This document shows, in pieces, positions 47,548 to 58,132 of a DNA stretch of 64,000 nucleotides. The notes below the pieces were generated by a model that saw nothing but the letters and a program-made list of their open reading frames with translations, was not told where the DNA came from and ran no database searches. Both the position numbers and the translations under genes were made by a program. The first letter of the stretch is position 1, and the number at the start of each line of letters is the position of its first letter. The DNA is from Candidatus Poribacteria bacterium (GTDB lineage Bacteria; Poribacteria; WGA-4E; PCPOR2b): positions 2,784,001 to 2,848,000 of the forward strand of contig OZ242351.1 of the NCBI GenBank assembly GCA_965208675.1. The letters run 5' to 3'.

Positions 47548-47814
47548 TTAAAATGCCGCGTTCACGAAATTTTGTAGTACGGTCAACAGAAGAATTAGAA
47601 CGATTGGCGAGATGTCGAACGGAACATTGCCCATTAACGGTCTGAGTAACTGGCGGATTGGATCTAAAAGTGGACCTACCAACTGCTCTGTTGTCCAATA
47701 GAATCTCCGAATCGTCATATTCGGGTTGCCAATATGCACCAACCAAGACAAAATCACGTTGGCAACCACAATCAGTGTATAGATTCCAATCAATTTGCTC
47801 AATATCCAACCCAT
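47548..47814 (-). CDS. yggT: YggT family membrane protein
   Basis: ILSW, P.L.PIR and FDISPI motifs, downstream of proC/yggS. Confidence 0.88.
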   Translation of the reverse strand: MGWILSKLIGIYTLIVVANVILSWLVHIGNPNMTIRRFYWTTEQLVGPLLDPIRQLLRPLMGNVPFDISPIVLILLLTVLQNFVNAAF

Positions 47815-47839
47815 ATTCTCGGTTCCTTGTCGGTAGTTT

Positions 47840-48649
47840 TTATTTCGCTAGTGCCTCTGCACGCTTGGTCGCTGCAATAACCGCATCAGCAACTATCGCC
47901 CGCAGGCGTCCACGCTCCAGTTCGTACAGTCCCGCCGCCGTAGTTCCGCCCGGCGTAGTCACAAGGTTTTTCAGCACCGCAGGATGTTCTTCAGTCTTCT
48001 CCAACATCTTGCTCGCCCCAAGCACCGTTTGCACTGCAAGTTGAAATGCATCCGTTCGGGTTAATCCAACCTGCACACCAGCGTCCGCGAGCGCTTCAAT
48101 AAACAGGAAGACAAACGCAGGGCCGCTGCCGCTTAAACCGGTAACAGCGTTAAGATAGGTGTCGTCCCTGATAAACGACTTGCCTACAGTATCAAAAATA
48201 GCCTGTGTTAGCGTAAGATGGTTGTCAGTGGCGGCGCTGCCCCCGGCAATGACCGAGACTGCGGCGCCAACAGAAATCGTGATGTTTGGCATCACGCGAA
48301 CGATTGGTGCGGGAGGAGAAAAATAGGATTCCAATTTAACTGCAGGTACGCCTGCTGCGATCGAGATTAGCCATTGATGCGCACTAATTGAAGCTGCGAT
48401 TTCCGGAAAAATTTCTGGCACATTATTCGGCTTGGCTGCATACAAAATGCAGTCAACGTTCTCAACTAGTTGAGAGACATCCGCCGCGCGGTTAACGCCC
48501 AATTCTTCGCACAACTCATCTACGGGTGGTTTGTAAATATCCGTAATCCAAATCTGTGCCGCTGTTAATAAATCGCCCGCCACTCCTCTAACGATTGCAC
48601 TTCCCATGCTGCCGACACCTATGGCGCCCAATCGAAGTGTCCTATCCAA
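47840..48649 (-). CDS. proC: Pyrroline-5-carboxylate reductase
   Basis: GVGSMG, SIAAG, RVMPN, SGSGPAF and VTTPGGTT motifs. Confidence 0.96.
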   Translation of the reverse strand: MDRTLRLGAIGVGSMGSAIVRGVAGDLLTAAQIWITDIYKPPVDELCEELGVNRAADVSQLVENVDCILYAAKPNNVPEIFPEIAASISAHQWLISIAAGVPAVKLESYFSPPAPIVRVMPNITISVGAAVSVIAGGSAATDNHLTLTQAIFDTVGKSFIRDDTYLNAVTGLSGSGPAFVFLFIEALADAGVQVGLTRTDAFQLAVQTVLGASKMLEKTEEHPAVLKNLVTTPGGTTAAGLYELERGRLRAIVADAVIAATKRAEALAK

Positions 48650-48665
48650 AGTCTATACTCCTTTC

Positions 48666-49355
48666 CTACACCCGTTTGCCGAAAATAGCTGCGCCGATTC
48701 GGATAACATTCGCTCCTTCTTCGACAGCAACTTCAAAATCGTGCGACATACCCATCGAAAGGTACGCCATGTCAACCCCATCGAACTGCTGCGATTTAAC
48801 CTGTTCCTGAAGCCGCCTTAACAATGCGAACGAAGGACGTACCGCTTCCACATTCGGTGCAAACGGCCCGATTGTCATCAGTCCTTTGATCCGGACATGT
48901 CTATAATCTAGGGCGCTTTCGATGAAGCTGAGTACCTGTTCCGGCTGAACGCCGTATTTACTCGACTCGCCCGATGTGTTGACCTGAACCAACACGTCGG
49001 TCTGGCAATTCAACCCAGCGGATCGACGATTTATTTCATCAAGGAGACGCAGGCTATCCACCGAGTGAATCAAATCGAAAAACCGTAATGCCGCTTTGAC
49101 CTTGTTTCTTTGTAAATGCCCAACAAAATGCCACTTCACCGGCCGGTCAATCTGGCCATATTTGGCTTTGGCTTCTTGAAGTTGGTTTTCGCCAATCTCC
49201 GTAACGCCGGCGTCAATCGCTTCTAAAATGAGAGAAGCTGGTTTGGTTTTGGACACGGCGACAAGGCGTACCGCTTCGGGGTCGCGACCAGCGCGATCGG
49301 CTGCAGCAGCAACTCGGTCCCGGACTTGCTTTAAATTTTCATGAATGGAAGCCAA
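48666..49355 (-). CDS. yggS: PLP homeostasis protein YggS
   Basis: LVAVSKT, GEN, WHFVGHLQRNK, LSMGMS.D and RIG..IFG motifs. Confidence 0.95.
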   Translation of the reverse strand: MASIHENLKQVRDRVAAAADRAGRDPEAVRLVAVSKTKPASLILEAIDAGVTEIGENQLQEAKAKYGQIDRPVKWHFVGHLQRNKVKAALRFFDLIHSVDSLRLLDEINRRSAGLNCQTDVLVQVNTSGESSKYGVQPEQVLSFIESALDYRHVRIKGLMTIGPFAPNVEAVRPSFALLRRLQEQVKSQQFDGVDMAYLSMGMSHDFEVAVEEGANVIRIGAAIFGKRV

Positions 49356-49541
49356 ACGATCACTACCCCTCCGCCCTGCAACACCTTAATGTTGGCAGTT
49401 GAACTTATTCCCACTGCGATGTTATACCTTTTGATTAAGGGGTAAATCAATCGAACAAATAGTGAATGATCGACCAAATGGAGGAGAACGACAGTCTGCC
49501 CTGCGCGCTCAATCGTGTTGTTCCGTATTTTTCGAACGGGG

Positions 49542-50288
49542 TCAATCAGAGGACGCCTCATCAGGTAGGGAAGGTGGAACATAGAGAATACGTTGACAAC
49601 TTCCACATCGGATTATCTGTTCGTTCTTACGAGCCTGCTGTAACGTCTGAGGCGGAACTCTGAGATGGCAACTGCCGCACGCATTGTCTACAACCAACGA
49701 AATCAGCCCTGTGCCTTGACGTTTGAACCATTCCTGATAACGGTTTATTAAATCGGGATGGATTTTCGGCTGAAAATTAAGACGCTTTTCTTGATAGTCT
49801 GCAATTTGTGATTTGAGGTCATCCGTTTCTTTTTCATATTCGGCTTTCTGCTCATTATTTTTCGCTTGCTCCCCGTCGAATGCCTTTTGTTGTTGATTCA
49901 GCTCTTCTTTGAGTTGGTCTATCAGTAGCATGATTTCTAAAATTTCATCTTCAATCTCCGCTTCTTTTCCCATGAGAAAACTAATCTCTTGATCCACCGC
50001 CTGATACTCTTTGTTGGTCTTAACCTCCCGTAATCGTGCCTGAGATTTTCGGCGTTGTTCTTGCTGCATCTCAAGCGCACCCGCTTTTGATCGTTGCTCC
50101 TTTTCCGCGTCCGCTAACTGTTTCTGCTTTTCTTCCAATTTCTGCTGGTATACGTGAATACTCTCCTCCAACCTTTTTATCTTGTTTGGAACCGACTTCA
50201 ATTTATCTTGAACCGCCAGAATTTCGGTGTCGGTCTGCTGCAGTTCAAATAAGAGCGGCAACTGTTCTTGTAAGTTAAAATTAAGCAT
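49542..50288 (-). CDS. Coiled-coil protein with C4 zinc ribbon (CT398/DUF164-like)
   Basis: Long coiled coil, TNKEY.A, CGSC...CGSCQRILY. Confidence 0.88.
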   Translation of the reverse strand: MLNFNLQEQLPLLFELQQTDTEILAVQDKLKSVPNKIKRLEESIHVYQQKLEEKQKQLADAEKEQRSKAGALEMQQEQRRKSQARLREVKTNKEYQAVDQEISFLMGKEAEIEDEILEIMLLIDQLKEELNQQQKAFDGEQAKNNEQKAEYEKETDDLKSQIADYQEKRLNFQPKIHPDLINRYQEWFKRQGTGLISLVVDNACGSCHLRVPPQTLQQARKNEQIIRCGSCQRILYVPPSLPDEASSD

Positions 50289-51111
50289 AGCTTTCCGGCT
50301 CGCTTTCTACGAGAAAAGCGAGAAAAATTCCCAACTGATATAGTCCAATGAGTGGAATCGCCATCAGTAGCATTGATGCCGGATCCGCCGGGGTCAACAT
50401 AGCCGACAATATAAAGATACCGAGGAACGCATAGTGGCGTCGTTCTCGAAACCCCTGAGAATTAATCACCCCAATCCATGACAGAAACGCCATAACAATC
50501 GGAAGTTCAAACGCGATGCCGAACCCGATTAACAAACGCGTCAGGAAATTCACATATCTGTCCAACTCCCACAAATTAGCATAGTCTTTTAAGAGCTTTG
50601 CGGAAAATTCAATTACGACTGGCGCCACGATAAAATAGGCAAAGATCGCGCCAACTACGAAGAAAAACACGATGACAAAAAACAAGGGAAGTGCATACCT
50701 CTTCTCCCGATGTGTCAATGCGGGGAAGATAAACGACCAGATCTGGTAAAGCACCACCGGCGAAGCCATCAGGAAGCCAAAGGTAAAGCTGATTTTGATG
50801 TAAGCCATAATGCCTTCGACGACGCCGCCCTTGATGATTTCCGCGTCAACGGTTGAACCGCTAGCCCTAAGAACAATTGAGAGAAACCCAAAGAATGACG
50901 CTTCCGGCGCACCAACCCAATCTATCAATGTTGCCAACGATTTGTTGATCGGCATATTCAACGGCAACGTCAAAATTTTGGCGTAAAAATTATGAAACGT
51001 CAGACTAGCTGCCACGGAAATACCAACCGCAATAGCAGATATGATTATCCGCCGCCGGAGCTCCTCAAGATGCTCCCAGAAGGTCATCGACCTACCGTCG
51101 TCAGATGCCAT
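50281..51111 (-). CDS. tatC: Twin-arginine translocase subunit TatC
   Basis: HLEELRRR, YQIWSFIFPAL, FELP and LTPADP motifs. Confidence 0.95.
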   Translation of the reverse strand: MASDDGRSMTFWEHLEELRRRIIISAIAVGISVAASLTFHNFYAKILTLPLNMPINKSLATLIDWVGAPEASFFGFLSIVLRASGSTVDAEIIKGGVVEGIMAYIKISFTFGFLMASPVVLYQIWSFIFPALTHREKRYALPLFFVIVFFFVVGAIFAYFIVAPVVIEFSAKLLKDYANLWELDRYVNFLTRLLIGFGIAFELPIVMAFLSWIGVINSQGFRERRHYAFLGIFILSAMLTPADPASMLLMAIPLIGLYQLGIFLAFLVESEPESYA

Positions 51112-51123
51112 ACCTCTTCACCG

Positions 51124-51336
51124 CTAGACTCCTTTATCCGTCCGTTTGGACGAATTTGTATCCTCTTCGTCCATTGATTTAGCCAAATCGTTTTGAATAT
51201 CTTTTCCAGCACTCTTGAATTCCCGTATTGCCTTCCCAAGTGAACGTCCCATCTCCGGCAATCGCTTTGGCCCAAAGATGACAAGGATAGCCAAAAGAAT
51301 CAAGAGAATTTCCCATCCACCTAAAGACCCAGGCAT
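51124..51336 (-). CDS. tatA: Twin-arginine translocase subunit TatA/E
   Basis: GGWEILLIL..LVIFGPKRLPEMGRSLGKAIREFK with a GGAGG RBS. Confidence 0.95.
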   Translation of the reverse strand: MPGSLGGWEILLILLAILVIFGPKRLPEMGRSLGKAIREFKSAGKDIQNDLAKSMDEEDTNSSKRTDKGV

Positions 51337-51625
51337 CTGTGATTTCCTCCCAAATAGAGATTTTATAGCAGATTGTTCAAGCAAAATGCAGGAATATTAT
51401 ACTTTAAAATTTGAGGAAATTCAATCGCTATGTCAAAGTTTACCAGAACTGATTTCTTGAAATCCCATTATCAATCCTAAACACATTCCTCAATTCATCC
51501 AACTCGCCGGTTACTGATCGTGGGCATTGACGCCGCTAAAAAACACCTCTTATCGCGATTCCCGCACTTGATTTCTGTGGAAAAATTACAGGAATTTCTT
51601 CAATGGTGATGTAAACGAGGTTTTT

Positions 51626-52297
51626 TCAGTCTGTGTCTGGTCCGGACAATTCCACGAATACATTACGCGCTACTTCACGGCCCACATGGTGCTCACATCC
51701 CTGAATCTTCAGACATAAAGGTCCATTAAAGGGCGCCTTGGCCACAATTTGGACACGGGCACCCGGAACTAGCCCCAATCCAGCAAGGTAACGCAGCATC
51801 TCAGGGATACCATCATTAACCTGTCGAACCGTGACACAACTCCCTGCATCGATCTCCGCCAGAATTTCATAGGATGTTTCCTTGAGATTACCCTCTTTTG
51901 TTGGAATAGTGTGCCCGTGCGGATCTATCGTTGGATGGCCCAACGCTTCAGCCATCTTCTCCTCAAACTCCTCAGAGATGACATGTTCCAACTTATCCGC
52001 CTCATGGTGCACCTTATCCCAGGTGAACCCCATGATTTCAACCAGATAAAGTTCAAGCAATCGGTGGTGGCGGACAACCTCTTGAGCGATTTTCTCGCCG
52101 CCCTCGGTCAACTTAACGCCGTGGTAAGAGTTGTGATTGAGCAGTTCCATCGACGCCAACTTTCTAATCATACCAGTCACAGATGCGGCTGAGACGTGCA
52201 TATGCTGCGCAATGACAGAGGTAGGCACTTTCTCCTCTTTTCCCTTTTGTAGGAGATAGATTGCCTTTAGATAATCTTCCATCGCATGAGTTATCAT
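51626..52297 (-). CDS. DtxR/MntR-family metal-dependent regulator with FeoA-like C-terminal domain
   Basis: EDYLKAIY, RHHRLLE, EADKLEH and DPHG..IP motifs. Confidence 0.92.
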   Translation of the reverse strand: MITHAMEDYLKAIYLLQKGKEEKVPTSVIAQHMHVSAASVTGMIRKLASMELLNHNSYHGVKLTEGGEKIAQEVVRHHRLLELYLVEIMGFTWDKVHHEADKLEHVISEEFEEKMAEALGHPTIDPHGHTIPTKEGNLKETSYEILAEIDAGSCVTVRQVNDGIPEMLRYLAGLGLVPGARVQIVAKAPFNGPLCLKIQGCEHHVGREVARNVFVELSGPDTD

Positions 52298-52328
52298 TCT
52301 AAACCATCCAACAGTTCCAACTGGTCAT

Positions 52329-52346
52329 ATTTAGGCATGCCTAAAT
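52329..52346. promoter_or_regulatory. Perfect 18-bp palindrome, candidate DtxR/MntR operator
   Basis: ATTTAGGCATGCCTAAAT lies between the regulator start codon and a minus-strand TTGACA-18bp-TACCAT promoter (52388-52359). Confidence 0.75.
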
Positions 52347-52424
52347 TTTAACTGGAATATGGTAATATGTACGAATAAACGCTGTCAAGCCAATTTTTGT
52401 CTTTATCGTCAAGAAGGTGTTTTG

Positions 52425-54503
52425 TCAGTTGACATCATCGGCTGCCGCCGCTTGGTCCTGGTAATTGTCGCGTAGGATGCGCCGCATGACCTTGTTGGAA
52501 GCCGTGCGAGGCAGGTCGTCAACGATGACGACATCATGAATCCTGAAGAGGGGATTGAGATGCTGCCGTATCGCCATACGCAGTGCTGCCTTCAGCGGTT
52601 CCCTTTCCATGTCGACGTTTTCCAGAAGGACGGCGTAAATCACTAGTTGACTAGGCCCCCCGCCTGGAGGCGATACCGCAATGGCTGCGGTTTCCCGTAT
52701 ACCCGCCTCTAAATTGAGGGTCTGTTCAATTTCCGTCGAACTCACTTTAATCCCCCCAAGATTCATTGTGTCGTCCACTCTGCCGTGAATGCGATAATAG
52801 TTCCCCTTCAATCGCTCAATTTGATCTCCGTGGCGCCGCAGCGGTATATCGCCTTTTTTGGGCGGCATTTTAGGGGTGCCTTCAAAATATACTTGGTGAT
52901 GGTCTCGGTTTAACAATGACGTGGAAAGCCCGACTGACGGCGATATTAGATAGACTTCCCCGTTATTGCAGGGTTGACCGCGCTGGTCAAGAATTAAAAA
53001 ATCTAATCCCAATGTAGGTGTCGTAAACGTCGATGGTGCGGCTGGCTGCACCATGGTCCCAGTGATGTAGCCGCCGCCAATCTCCGTGCCGCCGCAATAC
53101 TCGATGACCGGGCGGTATCCTGCGAGCGACATCAAAAACAACATGTCTTCAGGGTTTGAACACTCGCCAGTTGAACTGTATGATTTGATGGCTGTCCAGT
53201 CAAGCCCTTTCATGCAGCCGCTATTTTTCCATGTCCTCACAATACTAGGAACCACGCCGAGCACTTTGACGCCGGCATGCTGAACAAACTCACCAAATCC
53301 TCTACCCGTTGGGACGCCATAATACAGCCCAATAGTCGCTCGATTGATTAAACTAGCAAAGATTAACCACGGCCCCATCATCCACCCAATAGACGTTGGC
53401 CAAGCTACAACGTCGTTTGATTGAATGTCCTGATGCAAATGGCCGTCTGCGGCGCATTTGATTGGGGTAGTGTGCGTCCAAGGAATCGCTTTGGGCACGC
53501 CAGTTGTACCCGAGGAGAATAAAATGTTGGCATGATCGGAGGGTTGACAGGACACAGCATCGAACTCACTATTCTCGCAGAGGAATTCGCCCCAAGTCAA
53601 ATCGCCGTCCCGCAATTGAATCGCACAGGATGGCTGCTTGCTCTCACCGGTAAGCACGATTGCTTTTGGAGCATTTGCGGAAACGACTTTGGCATATATT
53701 GGCAACTGTTTTTGTGCACGGACAATATAATCCTGAGTGAAAACGGCTTTGGCATTTCCGAGTTGCAGGCGGATGGCAATCTCCTCCGGTGCAAAGCTGT
53801 CGGCGATGGAGACCACGGCACACCCGGCTGCGACAATGCCGAGGTAAATTGCCACTGATTCCACCGTCATTGGCATGTTAACTGCAATAGCGTCGCCCGG
53901 ACAGAATCCGTCGCGCACCAGTCCATTGGCGACGCGGTTCGTCAATGAACGAAGCTCCAAATAGGTTACGGTTGAAAGCGCCCCGTCTTCACGTTGGAAG
54001 ACAATTGCAGGCGCATCGTCCGGCGCATTGAAACAACTCTCGGTAATATTCAACTGCGCATCTAGAAGCCAATTCGGCGACGTTACACCATCGGACAAAC
54101 CAACAACTCGGGAGAACTTGCGTTTGAATCGAATCCCCAGTCTTTGAATCATGAGTTCCCAGAATTCAGCGCGGTGTTTTACCGACCAATCATGGAGATG
54201 TTCATAGGAATTCAGATTCAATTCACGCATGGCATGGGCGATATTCGTGGATTCAATCTGGTTTTTTGAAGGGAACCAGGCTGGCGGGGGACCTTGCGCT
54301 GCATCCCAATCGGCAAAGATTGTTTCGTGCAAAAGTCTGTGTAGGGCAAACGGCAGATCCGGGGTGAGTAGTTTCTGCGTAATTTCGGTCCAACAAGCTG
54401 GACCGGAAAGTGTAGATTTTAACTGATTCACTCGCAGCAGTATATCGGCAGCCGCATTTTCTTCCAGTCCGGTTGCGATTAACTGTTGAAGGGAGAGATC
54501 CAT
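52425..54503 (-). CDS. AMP-binding acyl-CoA synthetase (ACS/AACS-like, AAE17/18-type)
   Basis: ILFSSGTTGVPKA, EYCGGTEIGG, GRVDD and LPRTASNKVMRR motifs. Confidence 0.9.
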   Translation of the reverse strand: MDLSLQQLIATGLEENAAADILLRVNQLKSTLSGPACWTEITQKLLTPDLPFALHRLLHETIFADWDAAQGPPPAWFPSKNQIESTNIAHAMRELNLNSYEHLHDWSVKHRAEFWELMIQRLGIRFKRKFSRVVGLSDGVTSPNWLLDAQLNITESCFNAPDDAPAIVFQREDGALSTVTYLELRSLTNRVANGLVRDGFCPGDAIAVNMPMTVESVAIYLGIVAAGCAVVSIADSFAPEEIAIRLQLGNAKAVFTQDYIVRAQKQLPIYAKVVSANAPKAIVLTGESKQPSCAIQLRDGDLTWGEFLCENSEFDAVSCQPSDHANILFSSGTTGVPKAIPWTHTTPIKCAADGHLHQDIQSNDVVAWPTSIGWMMGPWLIFASLINRATIGLYYGVPTGRGFGEFVQHAGVKVLGVVPSIVRTWKNSGCMKGLDWTAIKSYSSTGECSNPEDMLFLMSLAGYRPVIEYCGGTEIGGGYITGTMVQPAAPSTFTTPTLGLDFLILDQRGQPCNNGEVYLISPSVGLSTSLLNRDHHQVYFEGTPKMPPKKGDIPLRRHGDQIERLKGNYYRIHGRVDDTMNLGGIKVSSTEIEQTLNLEAGIRETAAIAVSPPGGGPSQLVIYAVLLENVDMEREPLKAALRMAIRQHLNPLFRIHDVVIVDDLPRTASNKVMRRILRDNYQDQAAAADDVN

Positions 54504-54562
54504 ATCGAATAACTCGGCTTTAATTAGCCGGAGATGTACCTGACACCGATATCAATACGTCT

Positions 54563-55573
54563 TCAAGGATTGAACTTGATGATTTCGCGGCACCGTGCGG
54601 ATTTATGCAACGCATCGCAGATGCGCATGGTATCGACGGCGTCGGTTAGCAAGTCGCGATTAGGCTGCCCCAACTGAACCCACTCCGAAAACCGTTCGAT
54701 CATCCGCACCTCCTGAATGCACGACTTAAACTTGTGTTCTGCGGCTTTGCCCTGAACGTCGTGCACCCAAAATCGGGACGATTCCTCTTTCCAAGGGTCT
54801 ACAAAATCGTCGCATATCAAGGAGGCTCGGGTCCCCGCAATCTCAAACCACATGCGGCTCCCTACGTCGAAACCGCAATCAAACGAAGCCATCCGTTCGT
54901 CTCGAAACCAGAGGGTACCCGACACATTGAAATCCGTACCCCGGTAATAGCGCGCAGTAGCGAAGACCTGATCAGGGAGATCGCCAAAAGCCCAGAGAAT
55001 CGCGCGAATACAGTAATAACCTAAATCGCCAAGACAGCCGCAGGCAAACTCCTTTTTCAACCGTATGTTATCTTCGGGAATCTTTTCCCAATTGAAAGTG
55101 AACGCCGCTGTCACCCGGCGCATCCGGCCTAAAACACCACTGGATATGATTTGCTTCATCGCAAAGGTACGTTCGTGGTGAACCCACATGACGCCATCCA
55201 TCAAATGCACATTGTGCGTGCGGCACGCAGCCGCCATAGCAGACGCTTCTTCTGCATTTGCGGTAAACGGTTTTTCGCACAGCACGTGTTTGCCGCCTTC
55301 AGCCGCTTTGATGGTCCATTCAGCGTGCATTGACGGCGGCAGGGGAATGTAGACCGCATCTATTTCCGGGTCCTCTAGTAGAGCATCGTAGTTTCCGTAG
55401 GCGCGGTCAACTCCATGCTCTAATGCCCATCCGCGAGCACGTTCTTCCGTCCGGCTAGCGATCGCCGCTAATTCAGCGTTTTCTGCCAAGCGTATCGCAC
55501 GACTCACCTTATCCGCAATTCTTGCGGTGCTCAAAATCCCCCAGCGTACCTTCTGCTTCGGTGTAACAGTCAT
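54563..55573 (-). CDS. Gfo/Idh/MocA family oxidoreductase
   Basis: RWGILSTARIA, DAVYIPLP, HVLCEKP and G.LGDLG.Y motifs. Confidence 0.92.
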   Translation of the reverse strand: MTVTPKQKVRWGILSTARIADKVSRAIRLAENAELAAIASRTEERARGWALEHGVDRAYGNYDALLEDPEIDAVYIPLPPSMHAEWTIKAAEGGKHVLCEKPFTANAEEASAMAAACRTHNVHLMDGVMWVHHERTFAMKQIISSGVLGRMRRVTAAFTFNWEKIPEDNIRLKKEFACGCLGDLGYYCIRAILWAFGDLPDQVFATARYYRGTDFNVSGTLWFRDERMASFDCGFDVGSRMWFEIAGTRASLICDDFVDPWKEESSRFWVHDVQGKAAEHKFKSCIQEVRMIERFSEWVQLGQPNRDLLTDAVDTMRICDALHKSARCREIIKFNP

Positions 55574-55954
55574 TATTTTACCGTTCTCTGTCTTATTTTA
55601 ACCCTACCTGCTTGTCCACGGGCGCAAAACGCCCTAGAGGATACCATAGCACCCTCAACTAAGAAATTCAAGCAAATACAAGTCGAAAAATGCCTCGTCT
55701 TCCGATCTTGAGGTGAACCACTTGTCACATACTTTTTTGCTAAAATTGTTTGAATCGCGCCGATGATAAACGCTGACTGCTATTTCTCGCCTGGTCTGAA
55801 TCTGTGGATTCACCCAGAGTCATTCCAACCCAACTTACCATCAACTCGGCAATAAAATTAAGTTTTCGGCCGGGCGATTCCTCGCTCCTTTCCACACGCA
55901 CAACAATTGTGGTACTCTAAACACCGAATCATCCGCTGAGTACGGTCAAACACG

Positions 55955-57586
55955 TTAACTCACCTTTCCCCTAGCCTCCAACACCTTTGAAACCACGGTT
56001 TCTACATCTACTTCATCGACAAACGGGGATAGGATGAATGATTTTAGTGCCACGATTGGTTCGCCGTATTCGCTTCGCCGATAGCAGTCGGTAGTGGAAA
56101 TGACAACGCCCCGCCCTTCCATCGCCTCCGAATGTACGTATTCAAAAATCTTCCGGTTGTAGTCGTTGTGAGACAGCAAGCTGTCGCGATAATTTGCGTC
56201 CTCAAATTCCTGCCGCTTGATTAAAAACGTATCGACGCCAATCGGATAGGTGCGGAAGAGCGTAACCGTGCCGAAGTTATCTCGATTCAGCACGGTTGTG
56301 CCTTCATGTCCTTCCAGATGTTCCCGCAGGAGTTGCGTCATTTCAACGATGTGTCCGAGGATGACGCGCAATCCTTGCTCGCCAAACAATCGAAAATTGG
56401 CGAGGGCAGCGAGAACCCCTGTCCCGGATCGGGAAGTCTCAAGGGTGAACATCCCGGGGCGATGGTCGCCAAAGTGGTAGAGATACGGCATCTGTTCCGG
56501 GTGGCGTGTCACCAATTCCAAATCTGCTTGATTCTTGACGAGGACGAGACTAGAAATGTAAGGCGCAAAACCGGTTTTGTGAAAGTCGATTCCGACGGAA
56601 TCCGCCGTGGACAAATGCCGTATTCGCCGGCATGCCCCCGCCAATGCGCGGACGGTACGTGGACGGAACCCGAGGGGGTTCTTCTCAACGTCATAGTCAT
56701 TGAACACCGACCATGCCCACCCAATAACTGCATCTGCGTGAATGTGCGGCTTGTAATCAAGTTTGAACTCTTTGACAAGCGCGTCGCGTAACGCCGCAAT
56801 GCTCTGCAAATCGTCCAACCCAAACGAATCGGTGGTACCCAATGTCGCAATAATCGCCGCAATTCGATTCCCGTTTTCTAGTACCGTTCGTGCTTGCTGC
56901 TCAAGTTGCACGAGATCGATTTCGTTTTCGACATTGGTCGGGATTGTAATCAGATTGTTCGTTCCTATTCCGAGCCAGCCGACGACGTTAGCGGCACAAT
57001 AGTGGCCCGCGTCGGAAACAAACACAACAGCGTTCTCGGGTACGCCCTTATCTATCGTCTCCGGGCAAGCCTTTTCCAAGCCTAGCTTCACGCCATAGAG
57101 TGTCGTTCCGGTGCCGCCAAAGGTAAACATGCCGCTCGACTCTTTAGGGTCATATCCTATCAATTTTGAGGTCATAGCGACCACCTCAACTTCAGCCAAT
57201 GCAACGAGGCGGCTATATTCATCCCAAGCAATATTCGGATTGTACAGGGAAGCGAGGAGCACGCCAATCAGACTGGGAATCGTCGGCGGAGGAATAACGT
57301 TTTGCTGCGTACGGGGATGCCCAAAGATTGTCATGCCTTGCAAGTAATTCACGAGTTCGGTCGTGACATCCTCAACGGAGGATACTCCATCCGGCAGCCT
57401 TGCCTCCTTTGCACGCTCGAAATTTCCGGGAACGACGTTGCCGAGCATCGGCAGTTGCGTTTTCAGTGCATCAACCTGATCTAAGGCGCGCATGATTGAA
57501 TGTACGAAATACGAATCATGGATGGGGTGCGATACCGGCTGAGGAAAAGCGAGCCGGATTTTTTCCAAGATGTCGCGGTATGCCAT
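55955..57586 (-). CDS. Group II PLP-dependent decarboxylase
   Basis: FTFGGT, ATLGTT, HADA and DSVGIDFHK (PLP lysine) motifs. Confidence 0.88.
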   Translation of the reverse strand: MAYRDILEKIRLAFPQPVSHPIHDSYFVHSIMRALDQVDALKTQLPMLGNVVPGNFERAKEARLPDGVSSVEDVTTELVNYLQGMTIFGHPRTQQNVIPPPTIPSLIGVLLASLYNPNIAWDEYSRLVALAEVEVVAMTSKLIGYDPKESSGMFTFGGTGTTLYGVKLGLEKACPETIDKGVPENAVVFVSDAGHYCAANVVGWLGIGTNNLITIPTNVENEIDLVQLEQQARTVLENGNRIAAIIATLGTTDSFGLDDLQSIAALRDALVKEFKLDYKPHIHADAVIGWAWSVFNDYDVEKNPLGFRPRTVRALAGACRRIRHLSTADSVGIDFHKTGFAPYISSLVLVKNQADLELVTRHPEQMPYLYHFGDHRPGMFTLETSRSGTGVLAALANFRLFGEQGLRVILGHIVEMTQLLREHLEGHEGTTVLNRDNFGTVTLFRTYPIGVDTFLIKRQEFEDANYRDSLLSHNDYNRKIFEYVHSEAMEGRGVVISTTDCYRRSEYGEPIVALKSFILSPFVDEVDVETVVSKVLEARGKVS

Positions 57587-58132
57587 GTAAATTCTCCGTC
57601 TCTATTGCGGACACTGTTACTTTTGGTCAAGAGGCGCTATCTCGAAGTTGACAGCCACTTAGCTACTAGATTTTCGCGTGGACATAATAGCACATTCGCC
57701 ACCCGTCTTCAACAGATATTACGACGGACAGCACAACTACGCGGGCACTCCCAGTGCGGACACTTTACCATTTCGATCTTCTCCACGTCACCGAATGAGA
57801 AATGCATATTGGAATCGGTTGATAATTGTTTTGCCTCTTGTTATTTTGATTTTACCAAAAACGCTAGAATATGTTTGATATACCAAAGGTTTTATGATAT
57901 ACGTAAATGCACCAATCTCGATTCACTGGGTAATGAGCGTCCACAAGTATCACAGCAATGGCTGAGAGGTAAACGTCCAGTATGAGCAGCCTTTTGGTGG
58001 TTAACTGGCACCGAGTCGCTGTTTTGGTTTGCGGGTGCTTTTTTGGGAGTGTGTGGGAGATTGTCATTTACTGTGCAAGGATATAGTTCCCAATAGGAAC
58101 ACACAGCGAGTCCTAAACCAAAGGGAAGTGTA

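Noticed and set aside
58006-58020. sigma54-like TGGCACCGAGTCGCT
   Set aside because: Spacing is 9 and the TTGC element is missing.
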